A DNA stretch of 63,973 bases, the filler included, from an uncultured Methanosarcinales archaeon (lineage in GTDB: Archaea; Nanobdellota; Nanobdellia; Woesearchaeales; B54-G15): assembly GCA_964519225.1 (NCBI GenBank). It is 5 parts of 5 records of this genome, joined end to end, with 100 filler letters (N's around TTAATTAATTAA, not from the genome) between each part and the next. Parts side by side here need not be neighbours in the genome. Positions count along the whole stretch, not along the records: positions 43,568 to 57,792 come from CAZFJK010000020.1; 4 more parts are not named here. One strand, written 5' to 3'. Below are positions 45,803-56,007 of this stretch, in pieces (within the stretch, counting starts at the first letter, position 1; the number at the start of each line of letters is the position of its first letter). A program made the translations under genes and the position numbers. The notes beneath the pieces were generated by a model, which saw only the letters and a program-made list of their open reading frames with translations, had not been told where the DNA came from and ran no database searches.

Positions 45803-48172
45803 TCAAACCCAAACAACCTCTCTTAAGTTATGGCAGGAAGTTAGATCTTTTTCTATTTCTCTGAACTCTTTAGGAATCTCAAATTTATCTAATGGGTCTT
45901 TCAAACTCATTCCGGCATCTTTTTTCTTTTTCCAAATCTTTTTATTCAACTCAATCAATTGATCTGTGCTAAATGGAATCTCTTCCTCTGGCAACTCACT
46001 TGGAAAACTTTCCTTATGCACATCTTTGCCAAAAAGAACAGAATAAATGCGATAACTAATCATAGGCAATATCGGCGCAAAAAGCAACAGCATCAATCTC
46101 AAGCATTCATACAAAGTCCAAATTGCACTTCTCTGCTCATCCTGACTGAATTCACCTTCGCTGTTATAAGCCCGCCTTTTAACCAACTCTATGTAATGCG
46201 ATGCGAAAGTTTCCCAAAGAAAATGTCTAAGCTTTATAGCAGGAACATGGAAATCGTATTTTCCATAGCTTTTTCTTGCAAGTTTTATCAACTTGTTTAA
46301 TTCCTGCAAAATCCACTTGTCAAGCATGCAAAGTTTCTCTGGTTTATCATATTTATCAAAAATTGATATAAATCTTGCAACATTCCAAAGCTTGGTTATC
46401 GTTTTAGCAGCACCGCCTATTCGCTCAAAGCTGCACTTAAAGTCTGTCTTTGTAATGTCACCTTCAACAGCCGCCCACAGTCTTACAGGCTCTGCACCAA
46501 ACCGATCAAGTAACTCCTCAGGCTTGATTACATTTCCCTTACTCTTACTCATCTTATAGCCTTTCTCATCTACAATATGAAAATTCACCCAAACATCATC
46601 AAAGATTCGTTCACCCGTTAGCAAATAACATTTAAGCAAAGTATAATACAACCAAGTCCTTATAATCTCTTTTCCCTGCGGTCTCAAGCTGCATCTCTTA
46701 ACCCTATCGAAAATTCCTCCCGACCTATGCCATCCAAGAACATACAAAGGAGTTATACTGCTATCAAACCACGTATCAAAAACCCTTTCTTCGCCAACAA
46801 ACTCTTTACCGCCGCATTTAGGACACTTCTTAACAGGAGCTGGCTCATTCCAAGGTTGATAATATTTTCCAGGCTCTGGTAAAATCGCTTCGCCGCAGCT
46901 TTTACAATACCATAGAGGAATTTCAGTTGCATAAACCCTTCTTCTGCTAATCGGCCAATCTATGCTCACGCTGTTTATCCAATCGACAAGTATCTGTCTG
47001 CTTTGTGGAGCAAAAAAATTCAGCTGATTAGCAAGCTCAAGCATATCTTCTTTAAACTCAACCTGTTTCAAATAGAATTCTTTCAAAGCAATAAACTCGA
47101 TTGGATGTCCGCTTCTCTCGCAAATAGGTGTTCTATGCATAACCTTTTCTTGCTTAACAAGCAAACCTTTATTTTTCAATTCTTCAATAATTTTCTTCCT
47201 TGCTTCTTCAACACTTAAACCAAAAAGAAACCCGCTGTTCTCATTCATCCTTCCATCGCTATCTATTGCAATAATCGGCTTTAATCCCATTTCTCTAAAA
47301 AACCTAACATCAGTCAGATCGCCGAAGCTGCACATCATAACCAAACCAGTTCCTTTTTCAGGATCTGCAATAGGATGCGCTCTTATCGGAACTTCTTTTT
47401 CATACAATGGAACAATTGCTGTCTTGCCCTCTAAATGCTTATATCTATCATCAGAAGGATTAAACAGAATAATAGCACAACTGCAAAGCAATTCGGGTCT
47501 CGTTGTTCCAATAACTATATCCTCGCCAGTTTCCTTCACTTTAAACTTGATATAGTTAAACAAAGTCGGCTTTTCCTCATAGACAACTTCAGCATCAGCT
47601 ATTGTAGTTCCGCAGCCAGGACAGAAATTATTAACCCTCTCAGCCTCATAAATTAGTCCTTTTTTCCAAAGCTCGATAAATGTCGCTTGCGTTAAAGCCC
47701 TATATTCATCAGAATCGGTAAAATAAATTTCGCCTATACCAGGACCAATTTTCCAGCTATTAAAACTAATTCCGCATCTAAGAAAGCTTTCAACGCTTGC
47801 TAAACTTGCTTCTTCCAAAATCTTCCTGCAAAGCTTTAATGCCTCTTTTCTCGAAACCTTTGTTAAACTAACTTTAAACCTCTTTTCAGCTTCCATTTCA
47901 ATCGGCAAGCCATTCCTATCAAGTCCGAGAGGAAAAAGAACATTATAACCAAGCATTCTTCTGCTCCTCGCCATCATATCCATCAGAATATAGGTCGTAA
48001 CATGGCCGATATGAACAGGCATATTGACATATGGCGGCGGTGTATCAATAGAAAAAACAGGCCTTTCGCTTTGAAGATCAAACTTATATGGCTCTTCCTC
48101 CTTCCACTTTAAATAGATCTCCTTTTCAATATCTTTGCTCCATCTCTTTTCCTTCAACTTCGGCTCTTTCAT
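45803..48172 (-). CDS. valS: Valine--tRNA ligase
   Basis: IDTPPP..HIGH, TTRPE, DWPISR and KMSKSKGN motifs. Confidence 0.95.
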   Translation of the reverse strand: MKEPKLKEKRWSKDIEKEIYLKWKEEEPYKFDLQSERPVFSIDTPPPYVNMPVHIGHVTTYILMDMMARSRRMLGYNVLFPLGLDRNGLPIEMEAEKRFKVSLTKVSRKEALKLCRKILEEASLASVESFLRCGISFNSWKIGPGIGEIYFTDSDEYRALTQATFIELWKKGLIYEAERVNNFCPGCGTTIADAEVVYEEKPTLFNYIKFKVKETGEDIVIGTTRPELLCSCAIILFNPSDDRYKHLEGKTAIVPLYEKEVPIRAHPIADPEKGTGLVMMCSFGDLTDVRFFREMGLKPIIAIDSDGRMNENSGFLFGLSVEEARKKIIEELKNKGLLVKQEKVMHRTPICERSGHPIEFIALKEFYLKQVEFKEDMLELANQLNFFAPQSRQILVDWINSVSIDWPISRRRVYATEIPLWYCKSCGEAILPEPGKYYQPWNEPAPVKKCPKCGGKEFVGEERVFDTWFDSSITPLYVLGWHRSGGIFDRVKRCSLRPQGKEIIRTWLYYTLLKCYLLTGERIFDDVWVNFHIVDEKGYKMSKSKGNVIKPEELLDRFGAEPVRLWAAVEGDITKTDFKCSFERIGGAAKTITKLWNVARFISIFDKYDKPEKLCMLDKWILQELNKLIKLARKSYGKYDFHVPAIKLRHFLWETFASHYIELVKRRAYNSEGEFSQDEQRSAIWTLYECLRLMLLLFAPILPMISYRIYSVLFGKDVHKESFPSELPEEEIPFSTDQLIELNKKIWKKKKDAGMSLKDPLDKFEIPKEFREIEKDLTSCHNLREVVWV

Positions 48173-48531
48173 TTCTTGCTCTCGCTCTTTTTCTTCTTTT
48201 CTTTCACCTTCTTCTTTTTAGATTCCTTCTTCTCTTCTCTTTTCTTCTCTTTTTCTGCTACAGCTTCAACCTTCTCTTTTTTCTTTTCTTTCACTTTCTC
48301 CTTAATTTCAATACCTAGCTTCTTGAAAGCACTAACAACTTCTTCATGGCTAGCATTCTTTGGGATATCGATTTTCTGCTGCAAAGGAATCAAATGCTTA
48401 ATATTACACCGTTTTCTTCTCGTTTGCCCATCAATCATCACAAAATTCTTGTCAATAACATCAATAACCACACATTTTTTTCTAGCATCCCGTCCAGCAA
48501 TCTTAACACAAAGTCTTCCTACCTCAATCAT
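48169..48531 (-). CDS. rpl14e: 50S ribosomal protein L14e with Lys/Glu tail
   Basis: EVGRLCVKIAGRDA.KKCV...D.NFV...RKRCNIKHL. Confidence 0.95.
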   Translation of the reverse strand: MIEVGRLCVKIAGRDARKKCVVIDVIDKNFVMIDGQTRRKRCNIKHLIPLQQKIDIPKNASHEEVVSAFKKLGIEIKEKVKEKKKEKVEAVAEKEKKREEKKESKKKKVKEKKKKSESKK

Positions 48532-48584
48532 TTAGCATCACCAGAAAAACAAAATTTTGAAGATTTTAAAAAGTTTTAGTTTTC

Positions 48585-48866
48585 CTATTTGAGGACTTCT
48601 TCCTTAATAACCTTTCTCATACATTTAGAACAAAGATAGCCACCATAAGGTCGTTCTGGTCTTTTCTTTGTCTTCGGCAAACCCTTTACATCTCTCGGAA
48701 TACCTTTAAGCTCAGCCTTACAAATTGCACACCTAGCAGGTTTTGGTTTTTTCTTTTCAAAGTGTATTACAGTTCTGCCTCCGGGTGTTTTAACATACTT
48801 CAGCCTAAATCTTTTCCTGCTTTTATACTGTCCGTATCTTCCTTCAAGCTGAACCTTTCTTGCCAT
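48585..48866 (-). CDS. rpl34e: 50S ribosomal protein L34e
   Basis: KTPGGR, CAIC and [14 protein letters not shown] motifs. Confidence 0.95.
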   Translation of the reverse strand: MARKVQLEGRYGQYKSRKRFRLKYVKTPGGRTVIHFEKKKPKPARCAICKAELKGIPRDVKGLPKTKKRPERPYGGYLCSKCMRKVIKEEVLK

Positions 48867-49604
48867 TTAACTCACCTTAAGCAATTTCCTCAGCACAAAG
48901 CTAAACACCAATGAAAATATAATATAGCTTCCTAGCCAGCCGAGCTTTAAACCAAAAATATTCAACAATTTAAGCTTTTTGTTACTTAACTCAATCAAAG
49001 TTAACTTCCCATTTTTAATTTTTTCCTGTGGCTGAACATATCTAAACTCATTTGCAATAATGATCTTTTTTAAATAGCTCTTTCCATCATATTTAAGTTC
49101 AACGACATATTCACCAGGTTCATTTGCAACAAGCCGCCATGCAGCTTTTCCATTGCTAACATTCTGCACAGCGTCACTCAACAGCTTTAAAGCAGATCCT
49201 TCAGGAACTCTAAGCTCAGCAACATCAATTCCATTAAAATATGCACTTAATGTAAATTCCTTGCCAACCCAAAGAGGCTCATAACCAAAATGATTGCCCA
49301 TCCAACCAAGGATCAGGATAATAGGTAAAAAGCTGATCAACGTCGGCTTCATCGATTTAACAAAATACTTCATGTTCAATTCCATCATCTTTTTCTGCAA
49401 TTCCATCATCTTCTTTGGATCCTTTCTATGCTCCTTTATTTCCTTCTGATAGTCCTTCAACCTCTGCTTTAACTCCCTCATCTCCTTTTGATTTGTCAGC
49501 AACCTGTAAAGCAATGTCACAATCAGCGAAACCAAAAACGAAATACAAACTATTGCAACCAGGGGATGCATTCTCAAAAATACATTTAAAACCACTTTAC
49601 TCAC
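48867..49604 (-). CDS. DUF106 / EMC3-TMCO1 (Oxa1 superfamily) membrane protein
   Basis: TM1 + coiled coil + SMKP..ISFLP + LGWLG.YI; lies directly downstream of secY. Confidence 0.9.
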   Translation of the reverse strand: MSKVVLNVFLRMHPLVAIVCISFLVSLIVTLLYRLLTNQKEMRELKQRLKDYQKEIKEHRKDPKKMMELQKKMMELNMKYFVKSMKPTLISFLPIILILGWMGNHFGYEPLWVGKEFTLSAYFNGIDVAELRVPEGSALKLLSDAVQNVSNGKAAWRLVANEPGEYVVELKYDGKSYLKKIIIANEFRYVQPQEKIKNGKLTLIELSNKKLKLLNIFGLKLGWLGSYIIFSLVFSFVLRKLLKVS

Positions 49605-50988
49605 CCATAAAACGCCTTAACATAGGATGCATATCCATCATGTGCTGCTTTGCTATTTCTTCATACAACCTATAAACAATCATAACAGTAAGTAATATTC
49701 CAGTTCCATAACTTAAAGCTCCTGTAAGATCAGCTATTCCAGCAAGGAAGCCGACAAGAATTGCACCCATCACAGTAAGGGGCCAAATATATCTATTCAA
49801 AATTTTTTCTAAAATCCTCTCATCCCTTCTAAAACCAGGAATCTGCAAACCACTGCTCAGCATCTGCTTTGCAACGCTTCTTGCATCCATACCGCTTGTC
49901 TGAACCCAAAATATTGAAAATATCACAGCTCCACCTATCATAATCAGCAGATAAACAAGTGCATGCCCAACATCTGCAAAAGTTAAACTGCCTTTAATCA
50001 ATTTACCAACAATGTTCGGGCTGTCTATCCAGGCAACCAATCCAGAAACAGGTGTATTTCCAATGAATCTGCCTAAAATAGGAAAACCCCAATTTTGCAG
50101 TAATCTCGCCCACAGCTTTATATTAGCAAGCAAAGCAGCAATCAGTATAACTGGAATATTACTTGTATAAATAAAATGCAAAGGCCATCTCAAGCCATAG
50201 CCTCTTATCCTTCCAAAAGTGAGAGGTATCTCAACCTTCATAGCCTGTCCATAAACAGCAATAACAAAAACAACAATAGTTGACAGCACTGAAACAAACA
50301 TCAAAGCAGCAGTAACAGGATCACCCCCAGCTAAGCTTTGAAACAATGCAGGAATAGCTCCGGTTGCAATACCAGGATTATAAGGACTTGGTAAGGGAGA
50401 AAATGCCCTTACAAATAACTGCTGACTTACTCCTGCTGCAATAAAAAGCGAAATACCGCTTCCAAAACCCCACTTGCTCACAACCTCATCCATAAACATA
50501 ATCAATAATCCGCCCAAAAACAGCTGAAAAACCAACAACAACTGTAATTGCAGATAAACAGAAGTTCCTGCAAACTGCTGTGGTGGTGCTAAGCCGCCCA
50601 TAAAAACATAAACCGCAGCTTCAAAGATAATAAAAACCAAAGAAAGAAGTTTCTGTACTCCTTGGAAGCGACGCCTGCCTTCATGCGTTGTAAGGTCAAA
50701 CTTCACAATACCGCTTCCGTTCAACAACTGCAATACTATCGATGCAGTTACAATAGGCCCAATACCAAGGCTAATTATAGAACCAAATTTTGCACCAAGA
50801 ATCAAGCTTAAGTATTCAAACTGCTCTAATGCATTCGGTCCAAGCCCAAAAAGAGGAATCATTCCAAGAACATAAAACAAGACAAGAACTATCAAAGTCC
50901 ATTTCAGCTTTTCTTTAAATGAAAGCCTCCTTTGTTTAGGTCCTTCAACCTCAGGCAGATTCCCAAGCAACTTATTCAAAAAACTCAT
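49597..50988 (-). CDS. secY: Preprotein translocase SecY
   Basis: LGIGPIVTASI, SGISLFIAAG, YTSNIPVIL, QIPGFR and GTGILL motifs. Confidence 0.97.
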   Translation of the reverse strand: MSFLNKLLGNLPEVEGPKQRRLSFKEKLKWTLIVLVLFYVLGMIPLFGLGPNALEQFEYLSLILGAKFGSIISLGIGPIVTASIVLQLLNGSGIVKFDLTTHEGRRRFQGVQKLLSLVFIIFEAAVYVFMGGLAPPQQFAGTSVYLQLQLLLVFQLFLGGLLIMFMDEVVSKWGFGSGISLFIAAGVSQQLFVRAFSPLPSPYNPGIATGAIPALFQSLAGGDPVTAALMFVSVLSTIVVFVIAVYGQAMKVEIPLTFGRIRGYGLRWPLHFIYTSNIPVILIAALLANIKLWARLLQNWGFPILGRFIGNTPVSGLVAWIDSPNIVGKLIKGSLTFADVGHALVYLLIMIGGAVIFSIFWVQTSGMDARSVAKQMLSSGLQIPGFRRDERILEKILNRYIWPLTVMGAILVGFLAGIADLTGALSYGTGILLTVMIVYRLYEEIAKQHMMDMHPMLRRFMGE

Positions 50989-51434
50989 TTTTCAACCACG
51001 GCTTCGCCACCAGCAGATTTCAATTTCTTTCCAGCCTTCTCAGAAAAAGCAGGCGCTATAATCTTATATTTTCTTGTTAATTTGCCATATCCAAGAACCT
51101 TATCATAACCCAATTTTCTTACATCTACTTCATAAACATCATCAACTTTCTTGGCAACACCTTTTTGTAACCATTCATCAATCTTGGCTTCAATAACTAA
51201 AAGATTTACAGGATTTACTGCTTTTCTTATTATCCCTTTTGGCTTAAATCCTCTCTTTCCGAAATATCTCTTTGCCCATATGCTCGGCTTTTTCTGATCG
51301 CCTCGTTTTCCTGTTCCTGCCATTCCTCTGCCGCCTCTGTTTCCAGCTCCCCTGTGTTTTTTCTTACTGCCCCAACCATGCGTTTTATGTCCCCTCTGCT
51401 TTACTTTTTTCTTTCTTCTATGCACAACCATCAT
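50985..51434 (-). CDS. rpl15: 50S ribosomal protein L15
   Basis: RG.KTHGWG..KKHRGAGNRGGRG motif. Confidence 0.95.
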   Translation of the reverse strand: MMVVHRRKKKVKQRGHKTHGWGSKKKHRGAGNRGGRGMAGTGKRGDQKKPSIWAKRYFGKRGFKPKGIIRKAVNPVNLLVIEAKIDEWLQKGVAKKVDDVYEVDVRKLGYDKVLGYGKLTRKYKIIAPAFSEKAGKKLKSAGGEAVVEK

Positions 51435-51862
51435 AACATCCTCCTTATTAAATCATTTATTTTTTCTCCTCTATAACCAGCACCACCGCCAACAGAAAAA
51501 GGCACTTTAATACCTTTCCTTCCAAAACCGCCTTTCGGATTGTTTAACCTAAAATATGGCTTGTACTTCTTTCCATCAAAAACAAAATATTTCCTACTGT
51601 ATTTTATCTTACCCTTCCTATCCTGTTCCCTTCCCTTATATAATTCGCCTCTTTTCTCAACAAGCAACTTAAAGGTTTCATCATCTATTTCTCCCCACGT
51701 TACATAACTTCCAATCTTCTTAACCATTCCAATTATATTATCTGTCGCTGGAAACACAACGCAATAATTCTTTCTATACAAACGCAAAAGCTCAAGTGTC
51801 TGCCTTATATCACGTCTAATTCCAACCCTTCCCCTAATCCTTACCACAGCAATCCTTTTCAT
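51431..51862 (-). CDS. rpl30: 50S ribosomal protein L30
   Basis: Start moved to ATG 51862 (MKRIAVVRIRG); YVTWGE and GYRGEKINDLIRRM. Confidence 0.94.
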   Translation of the reverse strand: MKRIAVVRIRGRVGIRRDIRQTLELLRLYRKNYCVVFPATDNIIGMVKKIGSYVTWGEIDDETFKLLVEKRGELYKGREQDRKGKIKYSRKYFVFDGKKYKPYFRLNNPKGGFGRKGIKVPFSVGGGAGYRGEKINDLIRRML

Positions 51863-51863
51863 T

Positions 51864-52664
51864 TTATTTGCTTCCCTCAACAATTCCGAGGCTCTCAACC
51901 GCTTTCGGCTTAACCTTAACCATAATCAACTTCTTAAGCGCATCAAAACACGCAAGTGCAAGATTTATTTTTGTTCTCGTCTGACCAAATGTTTTGCTAA
52001 AAACATCCTTTATACCTGCCGCTTTTAGAATCTTTTGACATTCTTTCTCAACGCACAAACCCGTCCCCTTTGGAGCTGGAATTAACCTTATAATAACAGA
52101 ACCACTCTTTCCTTCAACAACAAAAGGAATGCTATGCGACTCTTTACATGCACATTCCCAGCTACCACATCCACGTCTAATCTTTATCAAATTCTGCTTT
52201 GCCCTCCTAATTGCTTTTTCCCTTGCCGGCAACGTTTCCTTACTCTTTCCGAGCCCAATACCAACATGTCCATTTCCATCGCCAACAACAGCCATCGCTG
52301 AAAACTTAGGCTTGTTGCCTTCCTTTGTTTTTTTCTGCGTCTGCTTAAACAACCTTCTCTGCCCGCCCCCAAATTTGCCCTTTGCTTGTCCAATCAAAAT
52401 AAAATCAGTAGTTAAATCAGGAAGCAATGCATCAGCAATTTCAGGCTCATAAATCCTTAACCCTTTATCTATAATCTCATCAATATTCTTTATTTCACCA
52501 TTTTTAACTTTCATACCTAGTGCGGTCTTTGGTTTCCATTGCTCAACTAAACTTTGTTCTTTAGATACCTCTTTCAAAGCCTCTTCTTCTTTTTCTTCAA
52601 CTTCTTGGGTAACTTCCCTTTCAACTTCTTCTTCTTTTGTTAATTTCTTTTTTTCTCTAACCAT
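51864..52664 (-). CDS. rps5: 30S ribosomal protein S5
   Basis: WKPKT.LG, VVGDGNG, RGCGSWEC and PAPKGTG motifs; acidic N-terminal extension. Confidence 0.96.
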   Translation of the reverse strand: MVREKKKLTKEEEVEREVTQEVEEKEEEALKEVSKEQSLVEQWKPKTALGMKVKNGEIKNIDEIIDKGLRIYEPEIADALLPDLTTDFILIGQAKGKFGGGQRRLFKQTQKKTKEGNKPKFSAMAVVGDGNGHVGIGLGKSKETLPAREKAIRRAKQNLIKIRRGCGSWECACKESHSIPFVVEGKSGSVIIRLIPAPKGTGLCVEKECQKILKAAGIKDVFSKTFGQTRTKINLALACFDALKKLIMVKVKPKAVESLGIVEGSK

Positions 52665-52665
52665 T

Positions 52666-53241
52666 TTACATCTCCATAATCTTCTTTCTTACTTCCTCAA
52701 AAACATTTGTTATTTTACTAACATCGGCTCCCTTCTTTTTCATCTCAGCGAACTGGCTTTCACTATTCCATTTGCCAAGCTCAAAGTATTTCTTTATATG
52801 CTCCCCCTTCAAGCGCTCTTCACTAGGAAAAACATCTTCTGAATGGGGCACAGCTAAACCAGCATCAATAGCACCTTTCAAGCAAGCAAACACCCTTGTT
52901 CCTTTTAAAGGTGTTTTCCCATCTATATCAAGCACAGCTTCTTTTATCCCTTTTTTCAATCCCTTTCTTCCAACCAACAATCCAACAAGATAAGCAGCAG
53001 GAATGTTTCCTTTTGAAAAATGCCATCCAAATTTTTCAAGCTCGTATCCTGTTGCTGAAACAAGAGTTCTATCTCCAACTTTATCAAATTCAATAATCTG
53101 CGCAATAATATTTTTCAAAAATGGTCTTACAACTAGCCTAGGCTTCCCGCTCTTTAACAATTCTATTCTCTTCCTATAATTTGTTTTATCTTCCCTTTTC
53201 CTCCTAAATTGGACAGTGAAGATCTTATCTTTTCTTTTCAT
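52666..53241 (-). CDS. rpl18: 50S ribosomal protein L18
   Basis: FRRKRE.KTNY..R, PRLVVR and NIPAAYL.G motifs. Confidence 0.96.
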   Translation of the reverse strand: MKRKDKIFTVQFRRKREDKTNYRKRIELLKSGKPRLVVRPFLKNIIAQIIEFDKVGDRTLVSATGYELEKFGWHFSKGNIPAAYLVGLLVGRKGLKKGIKEAVLDIDGKTPLKGTRVFACLKGAIDAGLAVPHSEDVFPSEERLKGEHIKKYFELGKWNSESQFAEMKKKGADVSKITNVFEEVRKKIMEM

Positions 53242-53690
53242 TTTTTCAACAAGCCATGTTCTTCAATATACAAAAGCATATGCCTAACACTTCTAAAAGC
53301 TCCTCCACCAATTTTTCTGTAAACATCCCTAAATGCGCTTTCTTTAATTTTTCCTTTCTCCCTCAATTGCTTTAAGGCTTTTCTTTGCGCCCTAACATGC
53401 ATAACCCAAACCTCTTTTTTTCCAATTCTTGCACCGGCCTTTCCTTTTCTGCTTCCATGTCCTCGACGTCTTCCTTTCTTCTTTTGCTTACGTCTTTTTC
53501 TTGCCCTTGCTTTCGAAACACCCTTATCACAAACAATCTTAATATAACCTTTTTTAACCAAGCCCCTCAAATCAGCCTTTGTCACAGCATCCTTTATCTC
53601 GCTTAGATGTTCCTTATCAAATCTAACCTTCTTTTTGCTACATCCAAGCATCCTTGCAACAATTTCCTTTTTCTTCTCAAGCCCTTTCAT
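53238..53690 (-). CDS. rpl19e: 50S ribosomal protein L19e
   Basis: KGRRRG.GSRKGKAGAR and W...VRAQR motifs. Confidence 0.95.
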   Translation of the reverse strand: MKGLEKKKEIVARMLGCSKKKVRFDKEHLSEIKDAVTKADLRGLVKKGYIKIVCDKGVSKARARKRRKQKKKGRRRGHGSRKGKAGARIGKKEVWVMHVRAQRKALKQLREKGKIKESAFRDVYRKIGGGAFRSVRHMLLYIEEHGLLKK

Positions 53691-53691
53691 T

Positions 53692-54324
53692 TTATCGTTT
53701 CTTTATCAACACCTTCTCTTTCTCTTTTTCAAGTTCTTCTTTTTCTTCTACTTTCCTTTTCTCTTCGTCTTCCTTCTTCTTCTCAGCCTTTTCTTCTTTC
53801 TTTTCTTCTTCTTTTCCTACCTTCTTTTCCACAACTTCTTCTGTCTTCTCCTTTACCTCCACTTTTTTCTTAATCTCTTTCTTCTCTTTTTCTTTAGCTT
53901 TTTCTTCCTTTTTTACCTTTTTCTCCTGCTCAATCTTCTCAAGGAACTTTTTAGGATTAAAATTCAAAAAGGCAATTCCAAGTTCTATTCCTTTTTTTGC
54001 AATCTCTATCCTCTTTTTCTTTCCAACATTACCGCTGATAACAGCACCATCCTTCTTTTTATCAAGTCTAACCAAGTCATTAACATTTTTTACAATTATT
54101 GGTTTAAGCCCTGATCTATCAAGCCCCCTAACTGCTTTCGGCGACCTATAACCTTGACTTGGTTTTTTCCTGTGTCCTTTTTTGCATAACCTTATCTTAT
54201 TGTGTCTTCCTCTCGGCCTTCTCCAGTTTTCTTCTAGCCTCTTTTTCTTATGAGCATCAGTCCTAATAAAATCGGGCTTTTTTCTTTTCAGCTTGTTCCT
54301 AAGTTCTAACAACTGCTCAGACAT
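53692..54324 (-). CDS. rpl32e: 50S ribosomal protein L32e with Lys/Glu tail
   Basis: KKPDFIR, WRRPRG and GYRSPKAVRGL motifs. Confidence 0.95.
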   Translation of the reverse strand: MSEQLLELRNKLKRKKPDFIRTDAHKKKRLEENWRRPRGRHNKIRLCKKGHRKKPSQGYRSPKAVRGLDRSGLKPIIVKNVNDLVRLDKKKDGAVISGNVGKKKRIEIAKKGIELGIAFLNFNPKKFLEKIEQEKKVKKEEKAKEKEKKEIKKKVEVKEKTEEVVEKKVGKEEEKKEEKAEKKKEDEEKRKVEEKEELEKEKEKVLIKKR

Positions 54325-54330
54325 TTTCTT

Positions 54331-54870
54331 TTAAACATATTTTCCGTCTTTATAATAAACATAAATTCCGTCTTGGAATATCCTCTTATCAAAACCCACC
54401 CTTCTTGTCAACTGCTCAATATCGCTGGCTGTTCTACCAGCAAGCTCTTTATCTATACTTTCAACAACAATATCGTTCCCTTCAACCTTAACTTTAACTC
54501 CGTTAGGAATCTTCAACTTTCTGGGAACCTTTTCGCCAAAAAAATTCTTGACAACAAGCTCGTTGCCTTCAACACTAACAGTCATTGGAAAGTGTCCGCT
54601 ACACACCTTCAACTTATAAACATGTCCCTCAGTAACGCCTTTAAACATATTCCTTATGTGCGCCCTAAATGTTCCAATCATTTTCTTTTCACGCTTTGTT
54701 GCTTTCTTACTCATTATTACAACTTTATCATCCACTTTTACATCAACCCCGGGATAAAACAAACTTCTCTTTAACTCACCAAGAGGACCCTTAACACAAA
54801 CAAGGCCATCCTCATAACTAACTGAAACCCCTTCAGGAATATCAAGTTTTACCTCGATCGTCTCTTTCAT
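54331..54870 (-). CDS. rpl6: 50S ribosomal protein L6
   Basis: VKGPLG, HFPM, NFFGEK and D.RIFQDGIY motifs. Confidence 0.96.
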   Translation of the reverse strand: MKETIEVKLDIPEGVSVSYEDGLVCVKGPLGELKRSLFYPGVDVKVDDKVVIMSKKATKREKKMIGTFRAHIRNMFKGVTEGHVYKLKVCSGHFPMTVSVEGNELVVKNFFGEKVPRKLKIPNGVKVKVEGNDIVVESIDKELAGRTASDIEQLTRRVGFDKRIFQDGIYVYYKDGKYV

Positions 54871-54872
54871 TT

Positions 54873-55271
54873 TTAATAAACAAAAGCAATTAGCTTTCCT
54901 CCAATCCCTGCTTTCTTAGCTTCGATATGCGTCATTAAACCCCTTGACGTCGAAACTATCAAGAATCCAAAATCCTTTGCAGGAAGATATCTCTTTTCAA
55001 ACTTTTCAAACTCGTCAATTCCAACATCATACCTTGGTTTTATGGCTCCGCATTTATTTATGGCTCCAATCAAATTCACAACCAAATAACCGCCCCTGCC
55101 ATCATCGACTTCTTTCTGATCACCAACATAGCCTTCTCTCTGCATAATCTTGAAAACAGCTTTAATCAACTTCGAATACGGCTTAATTATGCATTCTTTT
55201 TTTCCAGCGAGTTCTGCATTAAGCACCTTTGATAACGCATCTGCTAATGGATCATTCAGCATTTTCACCAC
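54873..55271 (-). CDS. rps8: 30S ribosomal protein S8
   Basis: [17 protein letters not shown] and STSRGLMTH motifs. Confidence 0.96.
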   Translation of the reverse strand: MVKMLNDPLADALSKVLNAELAGKKECIIKPYSKLIKAVFKIMQREGYVGDQKEVDDGRGGYLVVNLIGAINKCGAIKPRYDVGIDEFEKFEKRYLPAKDFGFLIVSTSRGLMTHIEAKKAGIGGKLIAFVY

Positions 55272-55502
55272 TTAATCATATTTTTTAAAACCTAATTTGA
55301 ATGCAATCTCCCTAAAACAATGTCTGCAGAGATGCAATCCGTACTTGTTGATATGTGCTCTTGCCCTGCCACATCTTTTACACCTAAGCCTGTTATAACC
55401 ACAGCTCCGCTCCTTCGGTTTGTTAAATTTCAAATATTTTTTCCAAATAGCGGGTTTGTTTTTTAGCTGTGCAAATGCCTTTCTAAAATCTGAATATGTC
55501 AT
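55272..55502 (-). CDS. rps14: 30S ribosomal protein S14, N-terminally extended
   Basis: CKRCG...[15 protein letters not shown]. Confidence 0.94.
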   Translation of the reverse strand: MTYSDFRKAFAQLKNKPAIWKKYLKFNKPKERSCGYNRLRCKRCGRARAHINKYGLHLCRHCFREIAFKLGFKKYD

Positions 55503-56005
55503 TTTATTCTCACTCCAAGTTCTTTTTCAGCAAAAGTAATAGTTTCTTCTTTTGTTATCTTGTGTCTTTTCCCTATCCCTTTCTTCTTCAACTTCCTTCT
55601 CTTCACCCTAAAGCCTCTCCTCTCGAGTGTCACCGCAACTTCAAGCCCTATAATCCCAAGTTCAGGGTCATATTTCATTCCTGGAATCTCAATATATTCA
55701 GGAATTCCAAAGCTAAAAGTTCCATTGTCAAAATTTTTTGCATCAAGCACCCTATCTTTTGCATCAAGCAATAAGCTAAGTACCTGCTTAGCCTTCTTGC
55801 CCCTCAAAGTAACTATGCAAGCTATTGGAACTCCAGGTCTAATATCCCACGCAGGTATCCTCTTTTTAGCAACTCTTTTCGCTGGTTTTGCGCCTGTTAT
55901 TTTCTGCAACAGTTTCATTGCCTTTTCAAGCGCATCGACATTCTTGCCAGTACCGATATTCAAAGTTACCTTCTCTATCCTTATTTCCCTCATCGGATTT
56001 TCCAT
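55499..56005 (-). CDS. rpl5: 50S ribosomal protein L5
   Basis: [16 protein letters not shown] and FSFGI.EYI..PG..YDP motifs. Confidence 0.96.
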   Translation of the reverse strand: MENPMREIRIEKVTLNIGTGKNVDALEKAMKLLQKITGAKPAKRVAKKRIPAWDIRPGVPIACIVTLRGKKAKQVLSLLLDAKDRVLDAKNFDNGTFSFGIPEYIEIPGMKYDPELGIIGLEVAVTLERRGFRVKRRKLKKKGIGKRHKITKEETITFAEKELGVRIK

Positions 56006-56007
56006 TT

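Noticed and set aside
53607..54151. Phe/Ser/Leu-rich plus-strand ORFs, and similar ones at 26031, 40322, 48176 and 59351
   Set aside because: They are antisense shadows of Lys/Glu-rich coding sequence.
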